Source of the DNA: Selaginella moellendorffii
Lineage: Eukaryota > Plantae > Lycopodiophyta
Direction: 5' to 3'
DNA length: 64,000 bases
NCBI RefSeq assembly: GCF_000143415.4
Contig: NW_003314284.1
Location: 1,745,715 to 1,809,714, forward strand
The translations under genes and the position numbers were made by a program. The notes under the pieces are model-generated. The model saw only the letters and a program-made list of their open reading frames with translations. It was not told where the DNA came from and did no database searches. How positions within the stretch are numbered: the first letter of the stretch is position 1; every line of letters starts with the position of its first letter. This document shows, in pieces, positions 21,545-33,552 of the stretch.

Positions 21545-23756
21545 ATGGCACTGGCAGGCATGCAATCCAGCTCCTGGATGCTTGCTGGCGATCCCAGCAC
21601 TGGATCGTGCTATGCGACTCCCTCGTCTCTCAAGCTGTGGGGATGCGTCAACAGATCGAGGAATTTTGTTAGGATCAGGGGCTCTAGCAGCTCGGTGACG
21701 AGTGTTTTGAGCGCGGAGAGGGTGGATCTTCGCGACGAGGATGAGATTGAGGCCGATTTTGGTAGAAAGTTTAGGCTTCCACACATCAGCGACGTTTTTC
21801 CCGATCTAGAGCCGCTGCCAACGACGTTTAGTGTCAAGAGCAGGTAAAGGTTTTTCTTCCCTTTTGCCTCTTCACTTAGCTTTTTCTTTCGTCACGTTTA
21901 TCTTGACAGCCTCCCTTGGCTTTTGCAGCTATCCTTTGCCGGATTATCATTTCGACGATGAATCCAAGGACTTGAAGAAGATGTATGTCCACAATGACGA
22001 TCGTGTACTTCTAAAGGTGAGAGCTTGTGTTTCGGATGAAGCTAGTTCTTATATTTGTTTTCTTTTCAGGTTATAGAATATGTCTCACCCACGTCTGCGG
22101 GAGCTGACTGTGAGGGTGAGGATTGCAAATTCAGGCATCTAAGGTGAGTATTATAAGCAATTTTCTCGGTTGGATCTTCCTGATTCTATTTTTTTTTTAA
22201 TTACTCTAGAGTGTGGAGAGCCGGTCCACGCAAAAAAATATATATCAGACCCGAGGAAGTCAAAGCTGCGATTGTAACATGCGGGGGACTTTGTCCCGGT
22301 CTTAACGATGTTATTCGTCAGGTACGTAAACTAATGCATGCTCGTTAATTTTTCATGAGCTAATGTTTTTTGCGCAGATTGTTTTCACTCTCGATAAGTA
22401 TGGAGTGAAGAATATTGTCGGCATACCGTATGGCTACCGGGGATTTTTTGACGATAGTCTGTCAGATATCAATTTGACGACACACTATGTGCAAAATATT
22501 CACCTCTCGGGAGGCAGCTTGTTGGGAGTCTCTCGTGGAGGCGGACAAACAAGCGACATTGTCGACAGCTTGGAGGTATGAAATCAAAATCAGTGTGAAG
22601 GTTGAGTTGGCTAATTTGTGTTGGTTTTAGAAACGCGGGATCAACATGCTCTTCGTGCTCGGTGGCAATGGCACGCACGCTGGAGCTAATGCCATCCATG
22701 ACGAGTGCTGGCGCAGGAAGATGAAAGTTATGGTTGTCTGCGTCCCGAAAACGATAGACAACGACATCTTGCTCATGGACAAAACTTTTGGTTTTGACAC
22801 TGCTGTCGAAGCTGCTCAGAGAGCAATCAGTGCTGCGTACATTGAGGTAGGCCTTCTTTCCATTCTTTGTTTGCGTTATTTGTTTTCCTTCCTTCCTTTA
22901 TGACTGGTCATCTAAAACTTTTCAGGCAAGGAGCGCTTACCATGGAATCGGTGTTGTGAAACTGATGGGGCGCCAGAGTGGCTTCATAGCACAGTATGCC
23001 AGCTTAGCCAGTGGTCACGTAAATGCGTGTCTCATTCCGGAGGTAACGATACCTTTCTTTGCTTCTTTTCTCGTATGCTCAACTGTTGTAATCGTGCAGG
23101 TCCCTTTTACCTTGCATGGACCAAATGGACTGCTTGTCTATCTGGAGCATTTGATCCACACTCAAGGCTCTGCGGTGGTCTGTATTGCCGAAGGAGCTGG
23201 CCAGGTAAAAGTCTTCAGTTTTTTGCTCCTAGATTTTGGCTAATCTTTTCGAGTAGGAGCTTCTGCCGCCCAAGGGCTCAAAAGACGCGTCTGGCAATCC
23301 TGTCCTATCGGACACCGGGGTCTACCTCCAACAACAGGTAATTCACATTCATGTCTGGAACTAGAAAGGATCTAAGCATTCACTCTACAGATCAAAAACC
23401 ATTTCATTGCCGCTGGAACTCCCGCAGATGTCAAGTACATTGATCCCACTTATATGATCCGAGCGTGCCAGGCAAACTCCTCCGACAGTATACTGTGCAC
23501 CGTTCTTGGCCAGAATGCGGTATGCTTGCATAGCTCTTTCATCTTTTTTCCCGAGACTTCTAACCTTGGATCCTCACAGGTTCATGGAGCGTTCGCGGGA
23601 TTTAGTGGAATCACGGTGGGGCTTTGCAACACTCACTACGCTTACTTCCCAATCCCGCAAGTCATTGATCATCCACGAAGGGTTGATCCGAGCAGCAGGA
23701 TGTGGCACCGTTGTATCACATCAACAGGGCAACCGGATTTTACTCCGCGAGCATAG
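21545..23756 (+). CDS. PFK: ATP-dependent 6-phosphofructokinase, probably plastidial (PFK5-like), multi-exon
   Basis: [67 protein letters not shown]; Ser-rich transit-like N-terminus. Confidence 0.95.
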
Positions 23757-24289
23757 AAAATCTACAATCTTGGAAGGGACAGTATATTCTTAGACTATTA
23801 TTTATTCTTGTAATAAAACTGGCCAAATTTAGGTCTTAAGGAATTTTAAGTTACCATTTTTAGGGTTTGCGTAAGCTCTTGCTACATGATCCCCATCCTC
23901 GCTTGAGGCTTTCAACTTGTTTTATGGTAGACTCTGAGTTTATGAACTCGTCATTGCTTGCATCATAACATATCCCTCGTTGCTTTCTTCAGCGTGACTT
24001 TTCCCTATTAAGCCAGACGAGGGGAAGGGTTTTCTCAAAACTTGCATGCGCCCCAAGTCGTAGAGACACTGCGGCCAGGAAAGAAGAGCTGGAGGGTGCT
24101 CCTCAAGCAAAGTGGAGGCAAGTCCACGCACGCTCAAGAGAGTGGTGAAGATCCGGCAGACAGGCCCAGCAAGCCCGATGGTTTTCACTCCCGTGTTGTA
24201 TATCAACTAGGCTTTGCGCCAGCTTTTGGGTGATACATGGAATCGTTTCCTGCCGTCAAGCCTGTGATGATCCTGGTTCGTTTTGCAGT

Positions 24290-24980
24290 TCTCTTGGAAG
24301 CTTGACCAGTTTACAGTGGGGGCAAAGACGAGGCCAGGGACTACCTCGCCAAGCTCATTGCTCCTGTGGGTGTGTACTTGGGCACACCTGCCTTGGACGA
24401 TGCTGTGTGGGAAGACATACATGATGCATGCCGCGGGAGTTTTGTCTGTCTCGAGCATTTGGCAGACATGGCAGTGCTGATGATGTCTTGACTTGACCAA
24501 GTTCATGCCCAGAATTCTGACGCAATTCATAGCGTCGTGATGCAGAGGCTGGATAAAGGATCGGGCTTGACATACCAGCAATGGTGTCTGGCTATGACGA
24601 CCATCCTAGACCACGATGGCTGCGTGTCCGTTTGGACCTTGTATGAGGCCCTGGCCAAGCATCTTGCGGGATCAGCAGCAAATTCACCAGCCAGCGATAA
24701 CACGACGAGCAGCTCGTCTACGAGCCCTGCATGGATGGTGAGAATAAGGCAATGTGCATCGAAGCGAGCCAAATTTCAGTTGCAGCGGATGGACAGAGAA
24801 TATGGGGAAGAGAATGTCCGAAAAGCTGTTGCGATTGCCCGTGAGTTGATATATGACAACATGATCCATTTGCGATATATTGGATTTGAGAATACGTACA
24901 AGGACATAACACATTATGGGTATGTGGGTGAATATGCACCCTTCATTCACTTTGGGCTGAGGGAACTATTGCGCAATTGA
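24290..24980 (+). pseudogene. Decayed ORF, possibly the C-terminal part of a P-loop (archaeal-type/AAA) ATPase-like protein
   Basis: One frame reads KDEARDYLAKLI...LDDAVWEDIHDACRGSFVCLEHLA..* then continues into ORF 24537..24980 (..[12 protein letters not shown]). Two in-frame TGA. Family assignment is by recalled resemblance only. Confidence 0.35.
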
Positions 24981-26525
24981 CATTGAAAGAGCGTACTTTA
25001 GTCGAGCTTAAGCTTTGCTTTGGACACCCGAAGATCCTCATGCAGTCTTGGTTGGGGAAAATCTTTTTGCGTTCTCCTCAGAACTATTTCTCAATGCAAA
25101 GCTGTCACCTTTCAATCAACAACTTCTACCAAGCTTTGGATGTTCTGGACTTCGATGTTCCACTATATGGCTCCAATACTATTATGTTGATCGCCTATCC
25201 ATTTGAGAATCGTACGATCATTGTCTGAGTCATTCTACTCCATTGATCGTACGAGTCATTCTACTCCATTGTTAAGTGAGAATAAAAAGGGGCCACCACA
25301 GCTTGAGCTGGGTGAAGATGCTGTGAAGATGGATAGTGGCGGAGACAAGCGGCTCAAATTGAGCGCTTTGTTTTTACCTGGATTCAGTTGATTCTGCAGA
25401 TTTCCCCATTGACTTTCGAAGACGTGGAAGAGATTGAGGTTGAGCTACGATAGCTGCTTTGACTTTGCGACAAGGCATTGATGGCACAAGGCTACGTTTT
25501 CATGATCCGGGACTACAGGAATTTGCTCTCAACTCCACCAGATTCGTGCAACAGAAGCTCACCTTGGAGCCTGGAACTCGTCTCGGGTGCACACAGACTT
25601 GGAAGCAGGACTATGTATGAATTTTGGACAATAGGGATGTGCATACTCGCTTGCATTCCGGATGAAGAATGGCATCTACAAGGTGGATGTCGATAGGCGG
25701 TACACCACCGATGGAGGCTTCCCGCGGCTGCTGTTTAACAATCCAGAGTGCTTCCAGCTCTCAGAAGCCATCCAGACGTTCACGTTCACTTAGTTTCTGA
25801 ACCACAATTTCTCTATCCAACCTAGGATGGCACTTAGGATTACGTCAGTTATAAGTATGACTACAACTCCAAACACTGAAGTTGCCAAAAGCACGCTGTC
25901 TAAAGACCACGGTCCAGAAGAAGTTGCAGAAGTCCACTTTGATGAGTTTACACTTTACTGAGTTTACAAGTAATGCATTATAGAGAAGCAGAATGGGAAG
26001 TGCATGAGTGCTTTTTAAATGCAAGACCTTCTTTTGTAAGGTTTTTGGTGAATGTGTTATGTGACAGCATACAATTCTAAAGCTCCTAATCTGGTGAGGG
26101 AGTGTATTACTTGAGGGAGCCTGACAACAGGGCTGCTTGGGATGCATTTTCCAAGTCACTAGTTATAAATGGACTGTAAGATTATTATGAAGGAGGCAGT
26201 ATTGATATTTATCTTGCAAGTGGTTCAAATTTAGAAGTTGGAAGGACAATCAACTTCTTCATAATGAAGTAGAATAAGAATTTAATCTTTTAAAAATTAC
26301 AGGATAATATTTTCGGAAATCCAGGGGAAATAATTTTTGCAGATGCAATATACAGATGTTTTCATTTATTCATTCATATACTGTTTACACAATCTCGATG
26401 AAGCATGAGACATGAAGGTTTAAAAACATTGTCCATGTCGTCCCGTTCTTGACCTTCACGCTCTTCAAGCTTTGCTCATGGCATCTTCCTAACTAATTTG
26501 GAGAGGATTTAGGGTTGTAGAATTA

Positions 26526-27755
26526 ATGTGGGGAGCTCATCTTTTCCGCCCTGCGCCGCTTCTCAGGTATTGAGCAGTGTGTCTCTCCTTCGTCCTTCTT
26601 CGCATAGTTTGAAGATCATTCAGCAATGCAGGGAGGTCCATTGCTGGTTTTTGTTTGTCGAAGACGTCCAGAGCCCTTCCCTGCTCAAGGCCTACGAGAG
26701 CTTTCTTTCTTCCGATGAGCGCGACCGAGTTTATAGCGTGGATTCCGAGCGCTTGCGAAAGGAGCGTCTCCTCACTCGTGCTTTGGTGCGTACCACGCTC
26801 GCTAGATGTAAGATCAACCATGCCTTTGCCTCTAAATTCTCGTGTATCAATCTCTTTTGAGTTTATCTTTTCCTCGCAGATTCCGGTGGTACGATCGCAC
26901 CAGGGTCGCTCAAGTTTTCAAAGAACGAGTTTGGCAAGCCTGAGGTCCGGAGTTCTTGACAGTTTTGTATCCACTCTAATTTTTCTTTCATTTTCCCAGC
27001 TTGTCGGCACGAATGGTCTATGTTTCAGCTTGTCACACACAAGCTCGCTGATATCATGCGCGGTTACTACTCATTCCGAGGTGATAAGTTTCCATAGATT
27101 TCTTTGCCTGTAAGTCTTGTTTGAGTTGCGCAGCTAGGAGTTGATGTGGAAGACAAGCGTCGGGTTTTTGGAAGCAATCTCATGCGCCTGGCCAGGCGAT
27201 GGCTCTCAGACAAGGAAGTGTCATGGCTGCAAGGCTTCGCGTCTTCCTCTAGTGACGAGCAACGCCGTCGTTTCATTCAGCTATGGACGCTCAAAGTCAC
27301 ACAGTTTTCTCGGCTCCATCACTCTGACTGAGATTCCGTTCTTACCAGGAAGCCTACGTCAAGGCTCTCGGGAGAGGCATTAGCGGCGCACCACTGAGCA
27401 ACTTCTCGTTCGGATTTGATGCAAGCTTTCCCGGAACGGAAGCGATCTCAATGCAGCTACACCAGCACCCAGAGGTGTGATTTCTAGGATGGATCCAGCA
27501 AGTAAAAGAACTCTTTTGCCTGTGACGCAGGCACAGACGATCTCGCTCGAGTCGGAAGAGAGTCCCTGGAGATGGCAGTTCTTGCTGTTCGAGCCATCGC
27601 AGCATCACTACGCTTCCATTTGCGCACAGAGGCTCGAGGGCGGTGATGCAAACTCCAGAGATTTCAAGTTTTGGAGGACTGTTCCACTCGTCCGGGACGA
27701 AGCTCTTGGGGATGATGCGGTAGCTCTCGCTTGGAGCTCTCTAGCGCTACTTTGA
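26526..27755 (+). CDS. 4'-phosphopantetheinyl transferase (Sfp/AASDHPPT type), multi-exon
   Basis: LLTRALVRTTLAR, FSKNEFGKPE, FSLSHTSSLISCAV, LGVDVEDK, FIQLWTLK|EAYVKALGRG, WQFLLFEP..HYASIC. Confidence 0.92.
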
Positions 27756-27813
27756 TAGCTCTAGAAGAATGTTTTTGGTTAAAATGTTATAACTTTAGGG
27801 TTCTTGGCAATGA

Positions 27814-30483
27814 ATGCCGCGGTATTGCTTCGCGGCGGGGCGCTGCTACAGGGAGGGCGGCATCACAGGATCGCATGGAAGAAGAGGAGGAGGCGGCGGC
27901 CTCCAGGACTGTGGGCCGACGCTCATCGCAGCTCTCAAGGCTTGCGGCCGCGCGCGCGACTTTGACACGGGTAAGAAGCTCCACTTGGAGCACCACAGCC
28001 ACGGCGACATCTTCGTGGAGACATCGCTCGTCGCAATGTACGCCAGATGCGGCAGCATGGCCGACGCCCGGCGCGTCTTCGATGCGATGCGCCGCCACAA
28101 CGCCGTCTCGTGGACCGCGCTTATCGCGGGCTACGCCGAGAACCGCGACCCCGACTCCGCCATCGCCGCCTTCCATGCGATGCTCGCCTCCGGATGTGAG
28201 GCCGACGCCACCGCATTCGTGGCAGCGGTCGCGGCTCTCTCCTCCAAGATCGAGGGCGAAAGCCTTCGCGCCGCGCGGCAGCTGCTTCCATTGCAAGGAG
28301 GCACGCAAATGCCGTCACTAGGCATCTGCGCTAGCGATGGTGTTCCAGAAAACCACGTCTCCAGGAAGATCGATCTGGGCTTGCTTGACGCGGGCATGGC
28401 GATCCACTGCCGGGCCCGGCGCCACGAATCGGACATCTTCGTCGCCAGCGCGTTGCTCGACATGTACTCGAAGCTCAGCAGTGTCGAGGACGCGCGCATT
28501 GTCTTCGACCGGATGCCTCGCCACGACGTGGTGTCGTGGACCACCTTGATCCTGGCCTACGTCGAGAATGGCGACGATGATCTCGCGCTGGAGCTCTTCG
28601 ACTCAATGCCGCCCGGGTGTGATCCCGACGCGCGGACCTTCGTGGCGGCGATCATGGCTAGCGGGAACCTGGCTTCGCTCGAGGACGCGGTGGACGTCGA
28701 TGGTGGCAAGATGGTCAAGCCCAAGAGCCTGGAACGCTGCCGAGCTATCCATTCCCTCGCTGCGGAGAAGGGCTGCGCGGAAGATCTCTTCGTGGCGAGC
28801 AAGCTCGTGGATGCGTACTCCAAGAGCGGCGCCGCGGAGGAGGCGTGGATGGTCTTCCAGGCCATGCCTCGCCACGACCTTGTCGCCTTGAACTCGATGG
28901 TGCTGGGACTCGCCGAGAATGGAGAGGGCGATCGAGCTCTCGGCTGCTTCCACTGCTTGGAGCAGTGCCTGGAGCCGGACGCCCGCAGCTTCACTGCCGC
29001 CATCGCCGGCATCGCGAGCACAGCGGCGAAAGAGCCCGGCCGGGAGGTCGAGGGGAGGGTGGTGAAGCTGGAGTCCCTGGGGAAGGCGATGGAGATCCAC
29101 GCTCGAGCCGAGAAGAAAGGGTGGTGCCGCTCGGACGTGTTCTTGTTGAACAGTTTGATCGGTATGTATGCCAAGTGTGGGAGTATGGTCGATTCTCAGC
29201 GCGTGTTTGACAGGATGCCCGCTCGCACCGCCGTCTCGTGGTCCAGCTTGATCCTCGGCTACGTCGAGAACGGCGACGACGATCTCGCGCTGGAGCTCTT
29301 CGACCGGATGAAGCGATCTCCTCAGTCGCCATCGCCGCCGTGCGCGAGAGCTTACGTCGCGGCGCTCATGGCGTGCTCGAGCTTGGCGGCGCTCGAGGCC
29401 GGGAGAGCGCTCCACCGCGAGGCTTCCATGCTGGGATTCACCGCGGACACGTACCTGGCAGTGACGCTGGTGGATTTCTATGGCAAGTGCGGCAGCATGG
29501 AGGAGGCCGAGAAAGTCTTTCGATCGATGGACGAGAGGAGGAAGAACAAGGTGGCGTGGAGCGCTCTCCTTGCGGGATACAGCCGCCAGGGTGATGCTGG
29601 GAGAGTGTTTGCCACCTTCGAGGAGATGCGAGGCTCCGGCGTGGAGCCGTGCGCGGTTGCGTTCGTATCTCTCCTCGCCGCGTGCAGCCACGCCGGGCTG
29701 GTCGATCGCGGCCGGGAGATCTTCTCGGCGATGGTGGAGCGCTACCGCATCGCGCCGCTGGCGGAGCATTACAACTGCATGGTGGACATGCTGGGCCGCG
29801 CGAATCTCCTGGACGAGGCGCTGGCGGTGGCCACCGGATCGTCATTTGTAGCGAATGCCGCGACGTGGAAGATCGTCCTGGGAGCTTGCCACAAATGGAA
29901 GAACTTGGCGATCGCGAGGGTGGCGTTTGAGGCGCTGGTGGCGATGGATCCTAGACTGGATGTGGCGTACGTGGTGATGGCCAGCGTTCTTGGGAGCGCT
30001 GGGCTGTGGGAAGAGCAGGCTAGAGTTCTCGAGCGGCGGGGCAAGGCCGGGACTTGGAAGAAGGCCGGGCAGAGCTGGTGGGTGTGTCCCAGATCGGGAA
30101 TTGTTCACAAGTTCCGGGCGGGGGACGCGAATCACCACCCGCAGGGAGACGCCATCGCCGCCAAGATTAAGGAGCTCTTGGGCGTGATGAAGGAGAGGCA
30201 TGGATACGTCGCGGACATGGGGTGTGTGACGCACAACATCGCGGAGGTTGAGAAGGAGGGGACGCTGTGCGGGCATAGCGAGCGCCTGGCCATCGCGTGC
30301 GCGATCGTCAACACTCCGGCCAGGGAATCGGTGAGGGTTGTCAAGAATTTGCGAGTTTGCGAGGATTGCCACAGGGCCACCGCGATCATCTCCCGGATCG
30401 AGGAGAGGGTGATTGTTTGCCGGGACACGAGCCGGTTCCATGTCTTTGAGAGTGGGGAGTGTTCTTGCAAGAACTTTTGGTGA
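27814..30483 (+). CDS. PLS-E-DYW PPR RNA-editing factor (DYW:WW-type), intronless, 889 aa
   Basis: PLS repeats, E domains, KKAGQSWW box, HSERLA, KNLRVCEDCH, RFHVF..G.CSCKNFW. Confidence 0.95.
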   Translation: MPRYCFAAGRCYREGGITGSHGRRGGGGGLQDCGPTLIAALKACGRARDFDTGKKLHLEHHSHGDIFVETSLVAMYARCGSMADARRVFDAMRRHNAVSWTALIAGYAENRDPDSAIAAFHAMLASGCEADATAFVAAVAALSSKIEGESLRAARQLLPLQGGTQMPSLGICASDGVPENHVSRKIDLGLLDAGMAIHCRARRHESDIFVASALLDMYSKLSSVEDARIVFDRMPRHDVVSWTTLILAYVENGDDDLALELFDSMPPGCDPDARTFVAAIMASGNLASLEDAVDVDGGKMVKPKSLERCRAIHSLAAEKGCAEDLFVASKLVDAYSKSGAAEEAWMVFQAMPRHDLVALNSMVLGLAENGEGDRALGCFHCLEQCLEPDARSFTAAIAGIASTAAKEPGREVEGRVVKLESLGKAMEIHARAEKKGWCRSDVFLLNSLIGMYAKCGSMVDSQRVFDRMPARTAVSWSSLILGYVENGDDDLALELFDRMKRSPQSPSPPCARAYVAALMACSSLAALEAGRALHREASMLGFTADTYLAVTLVDFYGKCGSMEEAEKVFRSMDERRKNKVAWSALLAGYSRQGDAGRVFATFEEMRGSGVEPCAVAFVSLLAACSHAGLVDRGREIFSAMVERYRIAPLAEHYNCMVDMLGRANLLDEALAVATGSSFVANAATWKIVLGACHKWKNLAIARVAFEALVAMDPRLDVAYVVMASVLGSAGLWEEQARVLERRGKAGTWKKAGQSWWVCPRSGIVHKFRAGDANHHPQGDAIAAKIKELLGVMKERHGYVADMGCVTHNIAEVEKEGTLCGHSERLAIACAIVNTPARESVRVVKNLRVCEDCHRATAIISRIEERVIVCRDTSRFHVFESGECSCKNFW

Positions 30484-31654
30484 CGATCTTGGGCGCGAAA
30501 CTTGTGTATAGTTCAAGGGACTGCGCGATATATGCCCACAAACACAAGCAAGCAGTTCAGATCAAGAGTTTTGAGACTGATCCACTTGGGTGCTTGATAC
30601 ACATCTGGATCAGAGTAAAGTAAGAAATGTTTTGCATAAACCATGAACATTATTGAAGAAAGGGAGCAGCTCATACAATGGTGGTAAACACCACAAAGAC
30701 GCTCCTCTACTGGACCAGAATTTTACTTAGATGACAAATTAATTACTCAAATGGTTTAACTCTTATTTAATATAAGCATAAGTACAAAGGGAACAAGTTT
30801 TAATGTGATGAGAGAATCCATCCAGTGGATTCGAGAAAATCGGGCACCGCTCGAAGAGGATGCCTTTTGGCCGGTACTCTTCCATTATGAAGCAAAGAAA
30901 TTCAGGCTAGAGCCGTCCATGTCCGAGGACCCAGAGAATATCGATGCTCTGCGCCTTCAAACACATTTTATTGTTTAGTTAGTTTATTGCAATTATATTC
31001 TATATGCCGAACTTATTATTGATTTCAATATTAATATTGTTTGTTAAAGAATATTGATTAATGAAGAGAAAAACATTTTTGCATTTTCTAAAATATTTCA
31101 GCTATTTTTATCTAATTTAAATTATTTTCAATATTATTTTCAATAGTTTAATATCAGTACCTACTGTTTGTTTGCTAATGCTAATTTGTTTTAACACGAT
31201 ATTAATTCATCATATTGAATATGAACATTTTGCCTTTTACATCTAAAATTAGTTTAAGTCTGATGAAATATTACTCTTTTGAAATTTATCAATATTCAAA
31301 TTTACATATGTTCAATAAAATCAATAAAATATCTAACATTGAATTTAAAATTATATTTGAAAAATTAACATTTCATATTGGGAGCTGATGTGAGTAGAGA
31401 ACCATTAAATATAATTAAAATTTCTTTAAATAGTATGAAATTAGCCCAATTATAATTTCTGAATAGTTGAGTATAAAGTTTTATATATATAAAAGATGGA
31501 CTCTCTTATTAATTTTTAATGTTAATTATTTAAATAAAAACTGCCAATCTCCAAGCAATACCCTTTAAAAGTGACTAGTCAACCTTGTAGTTAATATTAA
31601 TGAATATGGAGTATCGATCACTACTTTGAAGTACATTTTAAAATTCAATCCGTT

Positions 31655-33552
31655 CTATGACTTGAAGGGGGAGTATTCTTTGAGGGATAGCGCAATGCCT
31701 TCCATGGATCCCAGCGTCGCGGCCATGGACACGAGCAAGCAGCCCAAATCAAGGGCCTTAAGACCGATCCACTTTGGCGACCACCTCACGATGCTTCTCT
31801 GCTTAATATACATCTCGATTGGGAAGTAGACGGTGAGCGGCCAAAACGAGATCGCGCCAAGGAGGCCCAGGACGTCGTTGAAGAAGGGGAGCAGCATCGA
31901 CACGATGGTGGTGACCACCACAAAAGCGCTCCTCCAGACAAGCGTGAGCAGCGTGAATTTGTAACAGCCCAGGAGAGGGATCGGGATCCTAAAGTAGTGG
32001 CTGACAAACTTGTTCTTTGGCCACCGTGATCGCGCATGGCCTTCGACATAGGCGAACACTGGCTGGCAATAGACCTGTGAAGTGAAAGAGACACGACAGA
32101 TAAGAACGACAAGATGGAAATTTTTTGAGAAGATGGATGATCAAAGATGGGTTTTGATTTACCGACTTGGTACGCTCCTACAAGGTGGATGACGATGCAA
32201 GCGTTTGCGAAATCGATGAGCCAGAAGGGCTCGTAGAAGCCAAAGCCCGTGAGAAGATTTCCAGGAGCATTGTTTCCAAAGGCCGCGTAGCCAAAGCACC
32301 CCACCGACATGTAAAACGCGGTGGTGGTGACGACTCCCACCAGCGTCGCCTTCTTCATGGTCTTGTTCTCAGCTGGTGGAGATTTTAATGTATCCTACAC
32401 ACACAAGGAAAAAAAAAGTAATTCTTTTTCAGTAAAAAGCGTGACTTTCTACCTGTATTTCGATGAGGATCATGGAAAAAGAGTACGCAAACGCGACATT
32501 TCCCAGCGACTGGAAGACTTGCCAGATCTTTCGCGTTTGCGAAAGTCCTCCCATTCCAATGCGGACTCCGGTGGCTGTTCCGTATGAGTGCCCCGGCTCT
32601 GCAAAAAAACACCTCTCTCGCGTGAGCACATAAGCTGGAAAAGAGAGCGAGAAAGCCTTTACACATGTATGTATTGGTTACCGAAAGTTCGCGCCATCCC
32701 GAGGCCAAGCCCAATGAAGGAGTAGGCGAAGGACATGATAGCTGCGGCAATGGACAGCCACCATATTCGATCAAAATCCGGGATTTGTGACAGCAAAATC
32801 TGCACCGCTCCAAACACCACCATGTACGGGTAATCCGAGGCGAAGCACGGACCATCGTGTCCTTGGCGATGGAAGCAATCTGATCGACTTATCGCCCTGC
32901 AAGAACAGAGAACCAAAAGAACTTAGAAATCATAGTTTTTAGCTTTCGACAAGAACTTACACCATGCTAATCGACGCAGTGATTGTGTAGCCGATTGCTG
33001 TTCCAACCAAGTTGGTGTACTGGACAATGCCGCAAATCCAAACCTTTGCACCCCCTGGACAAGATAAATCACGCTCAGTTGAAGAACTCGAGTGCTCTAG
33101 CAATAACGTAAAGGAAAAAAGAGAGATTCACCTAGAGTGACTGCCACCGCATCTTGGTACGTGTGATTCCGCTTCCCTGTGACTGGATCGGGGCTGCGAT
33201 AGCAATCCGCGAGGAGGATGGAGGTGTAATACGTGACAAATGCGAATGCGAGCAGGACGGGGGGTCCGACTGCCCAGCCAAGCTGAGCCATGCTCCACGC
33301 CAGTGACAAAACTCCAGAGCCGATCACTGCTGTGATCACATGAGCCGAGGCAGTCCACACAGTTCCTGAGGGGCAACGAAACACGAAAAAGAAATCAAAA
33401 GTTTTAGAAGCTATGGAACAAAGCTAACCAGTTCTTTTCCATTGATCATCGTCGTCATCTCTGCTGCTTGTCCGGAGCAAGACTGCCGGGATCGCGTCGT
33501 CCATATGCTTGGCATTGCCATTTTCGAGAGCAGACTCATCGGCTTCTTTCAT
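31655..33552 (-). CDS. AAP: Amino acid permease (AAP/AAAP family), multi-exon
   Basis: KRTGTVWTASAHVITAVIGSGVLSLAW, SQIPDF, LGNVAFAYSFSMILIEIQD, GYAAFGNNAPGNLLTGFGFYEPFWL, FWPLTVYFP. Confidence 0.96.

Noticed and set aside
28557-30516. Long antisense and alternate-frame ORFs over PPR genes (also 41387..42304, 42225..42974, 45316..46131, and 51378..52172 over the NPH3 gene)
   Set aside because: Expected shadows of GC-rich codon usage; low-complexity Arg/Ala-rich products without domains.
30808-30978. 56-codon GC-richer ORF (MRESIQWIRENRAPLEEDAFWPVLF...)
   Set aside because: Short, with no recognisable homology; cannot be supported as a gene.
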